Under the pieces are notes generated by a model. The model was not told the origin of the DNA, did no database searches, and worked only from the letters and a program-made list of their open reading frames with translations. A program made the position numbers and the translations under genes. A stretch of DNA of 63,773 bases, the filler included, from Octopus bimaculoides (Eukaryota): assembly GCF_001194135.2 (NCBI RefSeq). It is 5 parts of 4 records of this genome, joined end to end, with 100 filler letters (N's around TTAATTAATTAA, not from the genome) between each part and the next. Parts side by side here need not be neighbours in the genome. Positions count along the whole stretch, not along the records: positions 1 to 20,498 come from NC_069010.1; 4 more parts are not named here. One strand, given 5' to 3'. This document shows, in pieces, positions 1 through 10,692 of the stretch. Each line of letters opens with the position of its first letter. The stretch's first letter is position 1.

Positions 1-1527
1 CCTCGAGGGCTCACCCACCATCAGGACCGCCATCACCCCCGAACAGCTGGGCGAACTAATTCCGAAAGGTCTCACACATTTTCTCGGGTTCTTTTATCAA
101 GACGCCATTATGATTCGTCAACGACCGTAATGTGGAACTATTTCCTTGCCGAGCTTCCACCATTCGGGCCCATCCAGTGGCCTTGATTCCTTCACTTCCC
201 ATCGCACGTAACTTAGCTCTGGCAATACTTCCCATGTGTTGGGCTTCAAGATGCTGGTTTAACTCCAGTCTTTTCACCTTCATTTGGTCCGCATTACCAG
301 TCCTCCAGGCTTCTAATTCCTTAACTAAACCATCTCCTATTCTACGTCCCTTCTTAGCTAAACTTATGCTAAACCTAATAGACTCATATTTGATGGCTCT
401 TTTTAGGGCATACCACCATTTGTTATTAATGATGGTACCTGACAATGCCCTTTGTATTAACATCTTGATCCGCTTTCTGCATTCTTCAATCGCCAAGAAG
501 GGACGTTTTGAGTTTCCAGTAGCCAGATCCCTGGCTATGTAACTTATCTATTGTCAGTTTACAGGTAACCATCTTGTGATCACTGTAGCTGACTAGAAAA
601 AACTGTGGACACTTAGCTATAGACTTATCTGTTTCTCTAATTAAAATTCTATCTCGATATGTTCTGGAAGATCCGTCACTATTTGACCACGTCCACTGTG
701 GAGTGTTCGGGTGTTCCAACCTATATGGNNNNNNNNNNGTGGAGAGGGACCCTCCACCTTTTCTTGATACAGGGTCGGAGGTGGCAGGTCTTGGAAATAG
801 GTTTGTCTCATTACAGAATTATCAAGTGGAGGTGGGGTCTCCACCTTTTCTTTTTCTCGCGGGATCGAGGCTGGTAGTTCATTAGATATAGACTTATTGA
901 AGTCCAGTCTCATAGATGATACTGTCTTACGGTATTTGTTTTGTAAAAGTCTATGAGTTTTATTTGAGACTTCATACACGTCATAATTGTTGTATTTTTC
1001 CGAAAGGTTATCTATTTTGTTTTTTGCAGTCTTAATTAATTGAATGTCTCTCATTAGTTCAGTATCTTTACTGTATACGGCTATTATGCCTTTCTTCTCT
1101 TTTTCTCTTCTTGCAGTCTTTTTTAGTCGTTGTTCTGTAGTAGTCGCCGCTCTCGGTTGAGTTGCTGATTGTATTTTTCTTTTATTTGTTGTTTTTTCTC
1201 GTCTTTTTCTTCTTCTTCCTCTTTTTCTTCTTTCTCCTCTTCCTCGTCTTCCTCATTTTCCTTGCAGTTCCTTCGAATGTTGCCAATTAGGCAACATTCG
1301 AAAGTTCTCCTCCCCTATCTGAATTGTCTCGGGAATTGCTTCAATTATTTTTGGGTCAGCCTGGATAAGGAGACTAACTGTTTGGCCAGTCCAGTTTGCG
1401 TTTTCGGTAACGGCAGCCTGGAGGAGGGTAATTTTTTCTTCCTCTTTGATTAGGACTGCCTCCACCACGCACATAGGATCCACTTCCGGTGGGACCCTTG
1501 TTATTTTAATTCTGGACGTTCTCATCA
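1..1527 (-). mobile_element. 5'-truncated, degenerate Tx1/L1-clade non-LTR retrotransposon (ORF1 C-half plus ORF2 N-part); continues beyond the left window edge
   Basis: The minus strand encodes ORF1-like RTSRIKITRVPPEVDP… and an APE endonuclease C-terminus (TWSNSDGSSRTYRDRI…SDHKMV…GSGYWKLKTSLL) followed by the L1/Tx1 linker. Homologous to the plus-strand copy at 13135-17061. Confidence 0.85.
56..719 (-). pseudogene. ORF2 fragment: APE-type endonuclease C-terminus and linker (frameshifted)
   Basis: ORFs 486..719 and 56..496 carry a SxxDR-like motif, SDH and GxGYWKL typical of L1/Tx1 ORF2. Confidence 0.8.
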
Positions 1528-1530
1528 CAG

Positions 1531-1787
1531 GGATGAAATACCGCTAAGCATTTCGCCTGGAGTGCAAAAAATATTATTTTCTACTCTAGGCACAAGGTCC
1601 GAAATTTGGGGGGAGGAAACCAGTCGATTAGATCGAATTAAGTACGCAACTGGTACTTAATTTATCGACCCCGAAATGATGAAGGTAAAGTCGACCTCGG
1701 CGGAATTTGAACGCAGTACGTAAAGACAGACAAAATACTGATGTTTTCGCCGGGTGTGCTAATGCTTCTGCCAGCACGCCGCCTTAC
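1531..1787 (-). mobile_element. tRNA-derived SINE family A: full copy (1572-1787) plus partial head (1531-1565) fused to the Tx1 fragment
   Basis: Matches the repeat ggcggcgagctggcagaatcgttagc…gttcaaattccgccgaggtcgac…aagtaccagttg…ccttgtgcctagagtag, which recurs more than 15 times in the window. Confidence 0.85.
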
Positions 1788-1809
1788 TTTTAGAAAAATA
1801 TCCTTTTTT

Positions 1810-2066
1810 ATAAGAGATGAGGAATTATGTACATTATTTACATTTAAAGATTATTTGTCCTCATCTTGTTTGTTGTTAACACAACGTTTCGGCTGATATA
1901 CTCTTCAACCTTCATCATGGGGAAATTTCGGACTTCGGTTCTCATTCTAAAGGTATTTTTCGATGATATTATTATTATTATTATTATTATTCAGGTCACT
2001 ACCTGGAATCGAACTCGGAATCTTGTGATTAGTACCCCGCGCTGTTAACCACTACGCCATATGCCC
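1810..2066 (-). mobile_element. Penelope 3' terminal module: tRNA-like head (1994-2066), (AAT)n, degenerate hammerhead-like motif (1878-1918)
   Basis: The minus strand has an A box tggcgtagtgg and a B box gttcgattcc, then (aat)n, then atgatga-a-ggttg…cagcc-gaaacgtt-gtgtt. It lies directly downstream of a GIY-YIG ORF. Confidence 0.6.
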
Positions 2067-2089
2067 GTGGGCAATTATGGAGTAAATTG

Positions 2090-2480
2090 TAGGCCTTATA
2101 AATCTAATATTTTCCTATCCTTCCTTATTACCGGTTCCCATATGCTACTCATATCTGCACTCGGTCTGCTTAGGAGGTTGTTGTGCTCTAGCATATGTGC
2201 TGCTTCTTTTAGTTCTCGTATTTTCCAGTGGTGTTCTCTGTCTATTAGTTTAACTTCATCCCACGGGGGAGGTGGTCCCCATTTTCCATACATGATCAGT
2301 TATACCCGATTTATAAATATCACCCCGTGTCACAGCTTTGCGATGGTCCTCTTCCCTTATTTTGAGGGGGCGACATGTTTCGCCTTTGTATAACCTACCA
2401 CAGCTGCATGGGATGGAGTACACGCAGTCTTTGGTCATATTCTCTTCTACTTATATTCTTTGCTCGCTACTTATATTCTT
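2090..2480 (-). pseudogene. Penelope-like element GIY-YIG endonuclease C-terminal fragment
   Basis: VYSIPCSCGRLYKGETCRPLKIREEDHRKAV…KSGITDHVWK…WDEVKLIDREHHWKIRELKEAAHM (frameshifted) fits the PLE GIY-YIG pattern. Confidence 0.85.
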
Positions 2481-2486
2481 TGCTCG

Positions 2487-3045
2487 TTTCCTGGACGTAT
2501 TGAAACACGCACCAAGTATGGATTTAGGACATCCATATACTGCAAGCCGACCTTCACTGGACGATACCTCAACTTCAATTCCCACCATCCATACAGTGTA
2601 AAGTGGGGGATTGCTTAGTGCCTAAAACATTGAGCAAAGAATATAATTACCGATCGTGATACACACTACGAAGAAATGATCAAGCTAAGTAACGATCTAT
2701 TAAGTAACAACTACCCCAAAAACATACTATCCACTCCAATTATGAAGAAAAANNNNNNNNNNNNNNNNNNNNNNNNNNNNNNNNNNNNNNNNNNNNNNNN
2801 NNNNNNNNNNNNNNNNNNNNNNNNNNNNNNNNNNNNNNNNNNNNNNNNNNNNNNNNNNNNNNNNNNNNNNNNNNNNNNNNNNNNNNNNNNNNNNNNNNNN
2901 NNNNNNNNNNNNNNNNNNNNNNNNNNNNNNNNNNNNNNNNNNNNNNNNNNNNNNNNNNNNNNNNNNNNNNNNNNNNNGATCTATTAAGTAACAACTACCC
3001 CAAAAACATACTATCCACTCCAATTATGAAGAAAAAAAAGGATGT
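2487..3045 (+). pseudogene. Penelope-like RT C-terminal (thumb) fragment, inverted relative to the GIY-YIG part
   Basis: FLDVL…GFRTSIYCKPTFTGRYLNFNSHHPYSVKWGIA*CLKH*AKNII…LLSNNYPKNIL matches the PLE motif YRKPT…RYL.F.S.HP; contains stops and an N gap. Confidence 0.85.
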
Positions 3046-3394
3046 GACACAGAAATTATTTTAAATCTGACAAAAGTTCTGGCGAATTCCTGGAGCATAA
3101 AAAAAATCCGTAAATGCCTAACACAAAGCACAAAGTACATAAACTAAACAGAATCCAATTGAACAACTTTGTCTCACAGAAAAAACTGTCACCAAAACTG
3201 GTGGGGTACATTTATCTCTGCTTATAAAGGTTTGCCAAAGTCTAGCCAATTTCTTAGAGTTTCACAGTTTTGGCTATTAACACCTAGCTTCTCCCATTTT
3301 GACAATGGACTTCATCCTAACCTTATAGTGCAGCATGAAATACTGTTTACCTGTTTAACTTAACATTATAATTTATAATTTCCTAACAATATAG

Positions 3395-3457
3395 ATAAGA
3401 TATAAGTACATGTTTAGCCCCTTGTGGGCAATAAAGAAATAAGATATAAGTACATGT
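3395..3457 (+). mobile_element. Ultra-short retro-insertion (about 25 bp of Tx1-type 3' tail) with 18-19 bp TSD
   Basis: ataagatataagtacatgt | ttagccccttgtgggcaataaagaa | ataagatataagtacatgt. Confidence 0.8.
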
Positions 3458-3849
3458 AAGGATAAGTAATTTAGGAAGGTAATATATGATGCATATTAAA
3501 TACATGAAATAGAGAGAAAGGTTACATACTAAAAGTTCTGTCTTACACGGAATAGAAATGATATAGAAAAGACTTAAAGGCTTCGAAGAAAAGAATTATA
3601 AATCCAGGAGATGTTTCTGAGGCTGGAGGCTGGGGCTCGGTTGTCCAAAATAATGGTTGTAGATGGATTATATCGTTGGGCGAGACGAATCTCCGTCTTC
3701 AGGGAAGAGATCTTACATTTGATGTTTTGACAGAAAGAAGTACAATATATTGACCTGCCTAACTTGTTTATCCTCACATTTACTTATCTACCCGCTCAAG
3801 TTTAAACCCCTCTATACGGAGAATATTTGATTCTTATGAATGAATTACA

Positions 3850-3973
<124 letters not shown>

Positions 3974-4600
3974 CAGGTTGCGATGGATAAAGTTCCGCAA
4001 TTTTGCATTTTTAATTTCTCACGTGCACCTAAATTGTTTCTGTTTTTGTTGGCTACACAGTACAGTAGGGTATGTTAGGCACCTTTTGTGAGAAAAACAG
4101 CACCATGACGCAATTCACTCTGCTAGAATTTTGGAGACGACTTGCTGTACCGCTTGGCATTCGCGCTGGAAGCTCCAATATGGACATTTCTGAGTGTTTG
4201 GGTATCAATCTAAGTACAGTGCAGAGGTTTCAGAAAGAGTTAGTTGAGTTTGATGATAATTACGAAGGTACGGCACTTCGGAAACCTCACTCTGATCGTT
4301 CGAATAAGAAAAGAACTCCTGAATATTTTGGTAACATCCAGGCTATGATTGACAACGATCCCTCCAAGTAAATCAAGTCCATCGCTAGGGAAATGGAAGT
4401 GTTTGAGCTTCTTATCAGGCAGGTAGTGCATGAAGACATTCGGTATTCCTAATACAAGATGAGAAAGGGCCAAGTTTTATGCCAAGTCATAAACCACAAG
4501 AGGAAGGACGACGCTACAAAACCTTTGAACAAACTCAACCATCTCCTCCTACCGAACATTCTTTGGTTTTTCTCAGACGAGAAAAACATTCTGCCAATAT
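3974..4600 (+). mobile_element. Tc1/mariner-superfamily transposon 5' half (degenerate transposase)
   Basis: TA|CAGGTTG start. Encodes an HTH region (…LGINLSTVQRF…MIDNDPSK*IKSIAREMEV…) and the first catalytic Asp in WFFSDEKN. Truncated by an opposite-strand mariner. Confidence 0.75.
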
Positions 4601-5296
4601 CAGATCGTGAACGCATACAACCGTTTTCGGTTATCATAAAGGATCTGCTTTTCATCATAAGTGACTATTTGATCAATAAAAGGATCATTGGTGTTTCTCA
4701 GAAAGAGCATCGAACACACTTCAAAACGCCGAACTTATGATTTTCATTGAGCTCATGAGATACCCATTTACCGAACTTTTTGACCTCACCAAACTTCTGC
4801 AGATTGCTTGAGACCGTAGCAATACCGACACCAAGTGCCTGAGACATTTCTCTGACACTTTGACGTGGGTTGTGTTCAACAATCGCCTTTAATTGTTTAT
4901 TGTCAAGACTACATGACCTTCCTCTACCTTCTTCATCTTGAAAGCTCTCATCACAACTATGGAATTTCTAAAACCACCTTCGTACCTTACGATTACTTGT
5001 GAATCCCTTTCCCCATGCTCTGTTGATATTGGCAGCAGTTTGGGAGGCTTTGTGCCCAAGCTTGAACTCATGCAAGAAAAGAAAGCGAAAGTCCTTTTTT
5101 TGTCATGTTCATAATTAAGGGCGCCTAGAATGTTTTCAAGAATGTTTTCTGTCTGAAATAAGTGCGAAATCATTAAAGAGCATACATCAATTATCAAGTA
5201 TGTCGAAATTCACCTCGAATATAATTAAAATACTATAATAAAATTGCGTTTCAAAGCAGAACGCTTAGAGCAGCCATTATTTTTAGAACAACCTAA
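4600..5296 (-). mobile_element. Mariner (Mos1-like) 5' half
   Basis: Minus-strand TIR start TA|TTAGGTTG at 5296. Frameshifted peptides FLHEFKLGHKASQTAANINRAWG…RGRSCSLDNKQLKAIVEHNPRQSVREMSQALG…WVSHELNENH…IVTYDEK. Confidence 0.8.
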
Positions 5297-5921
5297 TAGA
5301 ATGGGATGAAGTTACACACAAAAGATTTTAGAGGCTGTTGATAAAACATTGAAATAGATTAAAAGCAATAATTTACCTTTCGTAGTGTAACTGTGATTAC
5401 TAGCTCATGATTTTAGTCAAATACTTCCAGTAGTACCAAGACGTACAAGAGCTGATGAAACAGATACATCAATCAAAGCTTCCCATTTATAGTTATTATT
5501 CCGCAAATTGTTAAGAATTAATATTAGAGTCCATATACTGAGAAATAATGACTTATAGGATTTATAGGACTGCACGGGTGCTTTTACAATAACACCACAT
5601 TTGTGATTTTACGTAGTACTGCGACAAGTGCTTTACAGTGCTTATTAATTCACATTAGAAGTATTAGAAGTATTATTCACGATTAAAAGTAGGAGAAAAT
5701 AGGATGCCAACTGATGGCAATCGCGTAAGATTATTACCAGTGAGAAATAAGATTTGAGAATGGAATTGATTTAAAAACATTTTGTTTTGAAGACATTGCA
5801 GTTAGTTATACTAATGCAGAATGGATGTCAGAAAGAATCATTGTAGCTGCTAAAAATGATGAATATGCGATTACTTAAAGTAGAACACAGATTAAGAACA
5901 TACAATTCTATAGATCAAGTA

Positions 5922-7237
5922 TTAGGTCGTCAAGTATAAAATTTGTAGTAAGGTATATGGTAAACTTTGACAGCTGCTCATTTTGCGCCATTATTATATT
6001 TTGACAAACTTTATTTTTTGTTAGAAAGCTGACACATCTATTTCTTTATCCTTACTCATTTTACTCTTTATAAAATATTTATAAATCGTTTTTTGTTTTT
6101 TGTTTTTTGTTGTTTTTTTTTTGCTGTTTTTGTTTAGAGATGGATAAGTCGGAAATTCGTACAGTTTTGAAAAATGAATTCTTGCATGGAAATACAGCAT
6201 CACAAGTAGCTCGGAATATTAATAGATTGTTTCATTCTAATGTTATTACACAACAGACGGTAGCAAATTGGTTTGCAAAATTTCATTCTGGTAACTTTGA
6301 CCTCACAAATGAGCAACGCGGTCGACCAGAAACAAAGGTGGATAATGACGAACTGAAAGCCACCGTCGAGTCAGATCAGTCTCAAAGTTCCCGCGAATTA
6401 TCGTTGTTGTTTGGTGTTAGACAGCAAACAATATTGACTCACCTAGTTTAAATCGGCAAAGTGAAAAAGTTGGATTAGTGGGTTCCTCTTGAACTCAATG
6501 AAAATCGGAAACAGCTACGTTTGGAAGCCTGCATTATGCTCTTTCTTGCCACAGAAATGAGTCATTTTTGAATCGAATTGTAACATGTGATGAGAATTGG
6601 ATCCAATACAACAACCGTAAACATTCAGCACAATGGCTGGACAAAGACGAGCCACCAAAACACAGTCCAAAATGCAAAATTCATCAAAAGAAACTGATTG
6701 TGTATGTTTGGTGGTCTGGCGCAGGTGTGATCCATTATGATTTCATTAAACCTGGCTCATCAATCACGGCCGAAGTATACTGCAGCCAACTGGACCAAAT
6801 GATGCAGAAAATTACAAGAAAAAGAAACAGCCTAGATTAGTCAACAGATCCACTCCTATTTTATTTCAAGACTACGCCAGACCACACATCGCACAAATGA
6901 CATTGGCGAAACTTCAGGAGTTGGAGTTGGAAGTTCTCCATCATCCACCATAATCATTTGATCTTACCCCCACTGACTACCACTTCTTCCAGAATTTGGA
7001 TAACTTTTGATACGGAAAAAAATTAATTCCGACGTTGCTGTAAAACAGGCCTTCTAAGACTTTATTGACTCTAGACTGCCAGGCTTTTATAGTTCTGGGC
7101 TGGACAAGCTACCGCTGAAATGGCAAAAGTGTATTGACAATATGGGTGCATACTTTGATGAATAAAACTATTCCTTTTATCTATAAAACGTTAGCAAACA
7201 TTTTTCTTTTCTACAAATTTCATACTTGACCACTTAA
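5922..7237 (+). mobile_element. Full-length (1316 bp) mariner transposon with TIRs and TA TSD
   Basis: Left TIR ttaggtcgtcaagtataaaatttgtag versus the reverse complement of the right end, ttaagtggtcaagtatgaaatttgtag (3 mismatches). TA at 5920-21 and 7238-39. Confidence 0.92.
6140..7165 (+). pseudogene. Mariner transposase (DD34D-type), with multiple stops and frameshifts
   Basis: MDKSEIRTVLKNEF…WVPLEL…IVTCDENW…FQDYARPH…HPP*SFDLTPTDYHFF…GAYFDE*. Confidence 0.9.
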
Positions 7238-7660
7238 TAGCAGATACAAATGAAGAGGTAGATTTTCCGGTTGATTTCTTAAAATCATTAGAAATATCGG
7301 GATTTCCACCACATGAATTGAATTAGAAGAAAGGCGCTCCGATTTACAAATTCCACAGTTATGCATTAACGAGGTTAATAGTGGAATCTCTTACAAATAA
7401 TGTAAATGAAGCAAAAATACTAAATGGAATGTACAAAAATGAATTAGTATAATTAACAAGAATTAAATTAAATACAGAGGAGACAGTGAGGTTTATAAGA
7501 TTGCAATTTCCATATCCTTTGCTATGACAATAAATAAATCGCAAGTCCATTTAAAGACGCTGGTATCAATTTTTAAAATGAAGTATTTTCTCAAGGACAA
7601 CTATATGTATCACTTTCGAGAATGGGAGATCCTAATAACATTTATTTCACAAAAGATGAA

Positions 7661-7712
7661 GGCTACGAGCTGGCAGAAACGTTAGCACGCCGGTCGAACT
7701 GCTTCGCGGTAT
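7661..7712 (+). mobile_element. SINE A 5' head (upstream half of the insertion target)
   Basis: ggctacgagctggcagaaacgttagcacgccggtcgaactgcttcgcggtat ends where element Y-A begins; the SINE body resumes at about 11001. Confidence 0.8.
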
Positions 7713-9593
7713 AACGGCTCTGTGAATTATTGTGAATTATTGTGAATACGGTTGTGTTACTTTGTGAAAACTGTCTCGGTGAATAATTGTGATTTTTGTG
7801 GAATTATTACGGTTGCATGTCACGTGAGCTGCTGCATTTTTCCCAGCTATGGCAAGTGGTAGTGTGTCCAGTATGGGGAGCTACGCCAAAGCCACTGCGG
7901 TGAGGAAGCCAGTGCCGCTAGAAACCAAGTTAATCAAGTTGGATATGGAGGAGTTGACGGAAGAGGAAATCGAGGAGTGCCTGGGGGAAATTGTGAATGA
8001 AGCCATGTACATCGGGAGAGGAAGAAAGTTCGGTACGGTAGAGGTGAGGTTCGCCACTATAGAAGAGGCAACCAAGCATGCGACCAACATTTTAAGAAGT
8101 ACAAAAATAGCATTACTACCAAGTTATAGAGGAAGAAGAAGTGTGAGAATAAGAATTCCGAGAGTGCCACCAGAAATTAAACCGGAGTGGTTGGTTGCAA
8201 CAGTTCTGGCTGAAACCAAGGAGGATCCGGAATTGGGACCAGTGGCGGAAACAAAAGTGCACAACTGATGGGGATTTGGACTCGAAATGTGGCTTTTTGC
8301 CACATTTGAGGACATAGAAAGAATTCCCTACCAGATAGAAGTGGAAGACGAGAGAACGTTAAATGTCGTAGTCGAGGGATGAAAACCAAATGCCCCTATA
8401 TGACTTCACACAGCCACAGCAAGAGAAAGCACAAGCAGAAGAGGAAAACATTGTAGACCACACTGAGGAAATGAAAGAGAGACAGAAGTGTGAAACAGAG
8501 GAAACAAAAAAGAAGAACGAAAATGGTGCTACTAACCATAAAAAGCGAAAGAAAAATAAGTCAAAGGAACGGTCAACAGAAAACATAAAAGAGATAGAAA
8601 AGCCAGAAATTAATAATGTACAAGAAGAGGAGGAGAGAACGGATAAAGATGTTAAATACAAGGGAGTTTTGATGGTGGTAACAGTAACTATGGATGAAGT
8701 TGTAATGAATGTAAGAGTGGAGGGCAGGATACCGCGCTGTTTCAAATGTGGTCAGAAGGGCCACATATGAGCAAAATGCCCTCCACCAGAGAAAGGAGAG
8801 GAAGAAATTCACCCTCCACCAGACAAAAGAGTGGAGGAAGTGCGATTAGAAAGCAGTAAGGAGAAGACACAGGAAAGGCCCCGGGAAGAACAAGAGGAGG
8901 ACGAATGGATTCTAGAAAAAGAAGAAGAATAGGAAAAGAGGAAGAATAGGAAAAGAGAAGAAAGAGAAGGAAGAGAAAAAAGGCAAATCCAATACAAACA
9001 GAAATTCACTACCCAAGGCCCATCCATACCCTCTCTGTCCCACCGTCACCCTGCAGACACTAAGCCTTCCCATTCCCTTCCATCACAAAAACAAAAGAAA
9101 AGAGTAAATTCAGACAATGCCTCAAAAATCTCCCCTCCCCCCCCCCGCTAGTGGATGTTTTGCGTGTATAATTTATGACGATGACCTGTTTGAAAAGGCT
9201 ATTGAATGGGAAAACACGGTGCATGTTGGTGCGGAAGGTGTGAGAGGTGTGGTGCTACTATTATCGGCAGTGCAAAAGATGGATATAGAGAGACATAATG
9301 TGGATTATGAAATGTGGGAAGTTAACTTCGATAAGGAGAAGCTACTACAGTTTGTTCAGTCTGAAGAACTGATAGAGAGATCTGGGTTGGACATAATGGA
9401 ATATAGGGGAAAGGAAGCAAGTGGTGTTGCCTGAGGGGGCGGGTAACACCATTTCCATCTTTACATTTATCCATCTTTCATTATATCATACGTTTTTATT
9501 TATTTCATATTTTGTTTTAATTGTACATTTTTTATGTGTCCCCAATGTAATTGTATGTCCCTCTTTGTCGGCCCCTCGAGGGTAATAAAGAAA
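7713..9593 (+). mobile_element. ORF1-only non-autonomous Tx1-related retroelement (copy Y-A, about 1.9 kb)
   Basis: 5'UTR with ttgtgaatta repeats, a single ORF1-like reading frame, T-rich 3'UTR and ccctcgaggg hairpin + AATAAAGAAA tail. No EN or RT sequence. Confidence 0.75.
7849..9434 (+). pseudogene. Gag/ORF1-like protein: RRM-like FGTVEVRF domain, CCHC zinc knuckle, K/E-rich linker, unknown C-terminal domain
   Basis: ORFs 7849..8268, 8390..8770 and 9117..9434 join via stops/frameshifts; knuckle PRCFKCGQKGHI*AKC. Confidence 0.8.
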
Positions 9594-9596
9594 TAT

Positions 9597-10414
9597 AATC
9601 ACTGTTACTTCCGTCTTTATCAACAGTAAATAATCAGTTCTAGTGGGTGGTGTCTCCACCAACCAAATCCGTTTCGTTCTTACAATTCTCCTGTTGTTAC
9701 TACGCATTACTTTTCTCTGTGTTTTGTTTGATTGAAGTACTGTGGTGAGTTGGTGTTACTGTTTTGTTAAAAAGAACTGTTGATTGCTTTTTGAAAGTTG
9801 CTTGTTGAAATTCCCCCTCGAGGGGGAATTATTGTTATTATATATTGTGGCTTTTAAGCCAATTTTGTGCAAAAAAAAAAATGGAAACTCCTTTGGTTTC
9901 ACCAATTTCGTACTCACCTGTGTCTGAAGCAGGTGAAGAATGAATTTCAGCGGCAGTGACGCCGAGAGAATTGAGCATTTTTGAAGGAAGAAAATCACCG
10001 GCAGTATCGCCAAAAAAGTTCGCCGCGGTAGCGGGAAGAAAAGAAACGCAGTTGAACACGGAGAGAAGCAATCTACAAAGATACATGTCAATACTAAAAA
10101 AAGAGTGGTCTGAAATTCAAGTGGCCACTCCAGAAGAAACAACTGTCATAGTTCACAAGAGGAGAATCTTATATAAAACGTACAACATTGGAAAAAAAGG
10201 GATATATAAAACAGAAGAGAAAATTGTAGAAAAATGCCTAAAACTTATTTGGCCTGATATTACGTACATCAACCGTGGTAAAAGATTTGGAACAGTCGAA
10301 GTGAGGTTTAGGTCTGAGGAATCAGCCAAGAAGTACTCCTCGGAGACCCTCAGAACGGAGGAGGTGGTCCTTCTTCCCGTATATATGGGAAGAAGAACGT
10401 CAAAGGTGAAAGTA
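9597..10414 (+). mobile_element. Tx1-like element 5' part (copy X-A): 5'UTR and ORF1 N-half
   Basis: Begins aatcactgttacttccgtct. ATG at 9881 with an in-frame stop at 9941. …KCLKLIWPDITYINRGKRFGTVEVRF… is homologous to the ORF1 at 13934+. Confidence 0.75.
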
Positions 10415-10692
10415 AACAAACATCTGCGAACCTGCTCTTTTCTAATTCCCTGTCCATAGCCTCAACAGCCCTTAACGACTCCTCCTCGGATGATGACAAC
10501 CCAGACCCGCTACGGTCTGAGTAAAAGGAATTCCTTCTACTTTTATTAGCCATACTCTCAAAGAGAGAAAGCACGACTACGCCGCTGCAAAGTAGCACAC
10601 AACAAACAAAACAATCCTTCACCAAAGCAAACCAACAGAAAAATAAACTTACACGTTCTTCGTTCAAAAGCCAGACGGAAGTAACAGTGATT
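10415..10692 (-). mobile_element. Inverted 5'-terminal fragment of a related Tx1-like element
   Basis: The minus strand starts with the same 20-mer aatcactgttacttccgtct, then a U-rich UTR and MANKSRRNSF…RFADVC. Confidence 0.65.

Larger units (their letters stand above)
5297..7660 (+). pseudogene. Helitron RepHel PIF1-type helicase relic, interrupted by mariner 5922-7237
   Basis: Motifs EWDEV…EAVDKTLK, DFSQILPVVPRRTRADE, YNSIDQV|ADTNEEVDFPVDFLKSLEISGFPPHEL, FAMTINKSQ and FSQGQLYVSLSR. Confidence 0.85.

Noticed and set aside
1994-2066. Functional tRNA gene
   Set aside because: A/B boxes are present, but acceptor and anticodon stems pair poorly and it is embedded in a TE end; treated as tRNA-derived.
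2694-3037. 60-bp direct repeat either side of an N gap
   Set aside because: Typical unmerged contig overlap.
6140-7165. Domesticated SETMAR-like gene
   Set aside because: No SET domain, multiple stops, and intact TIRs/TSD; an ordinary dead mariner.
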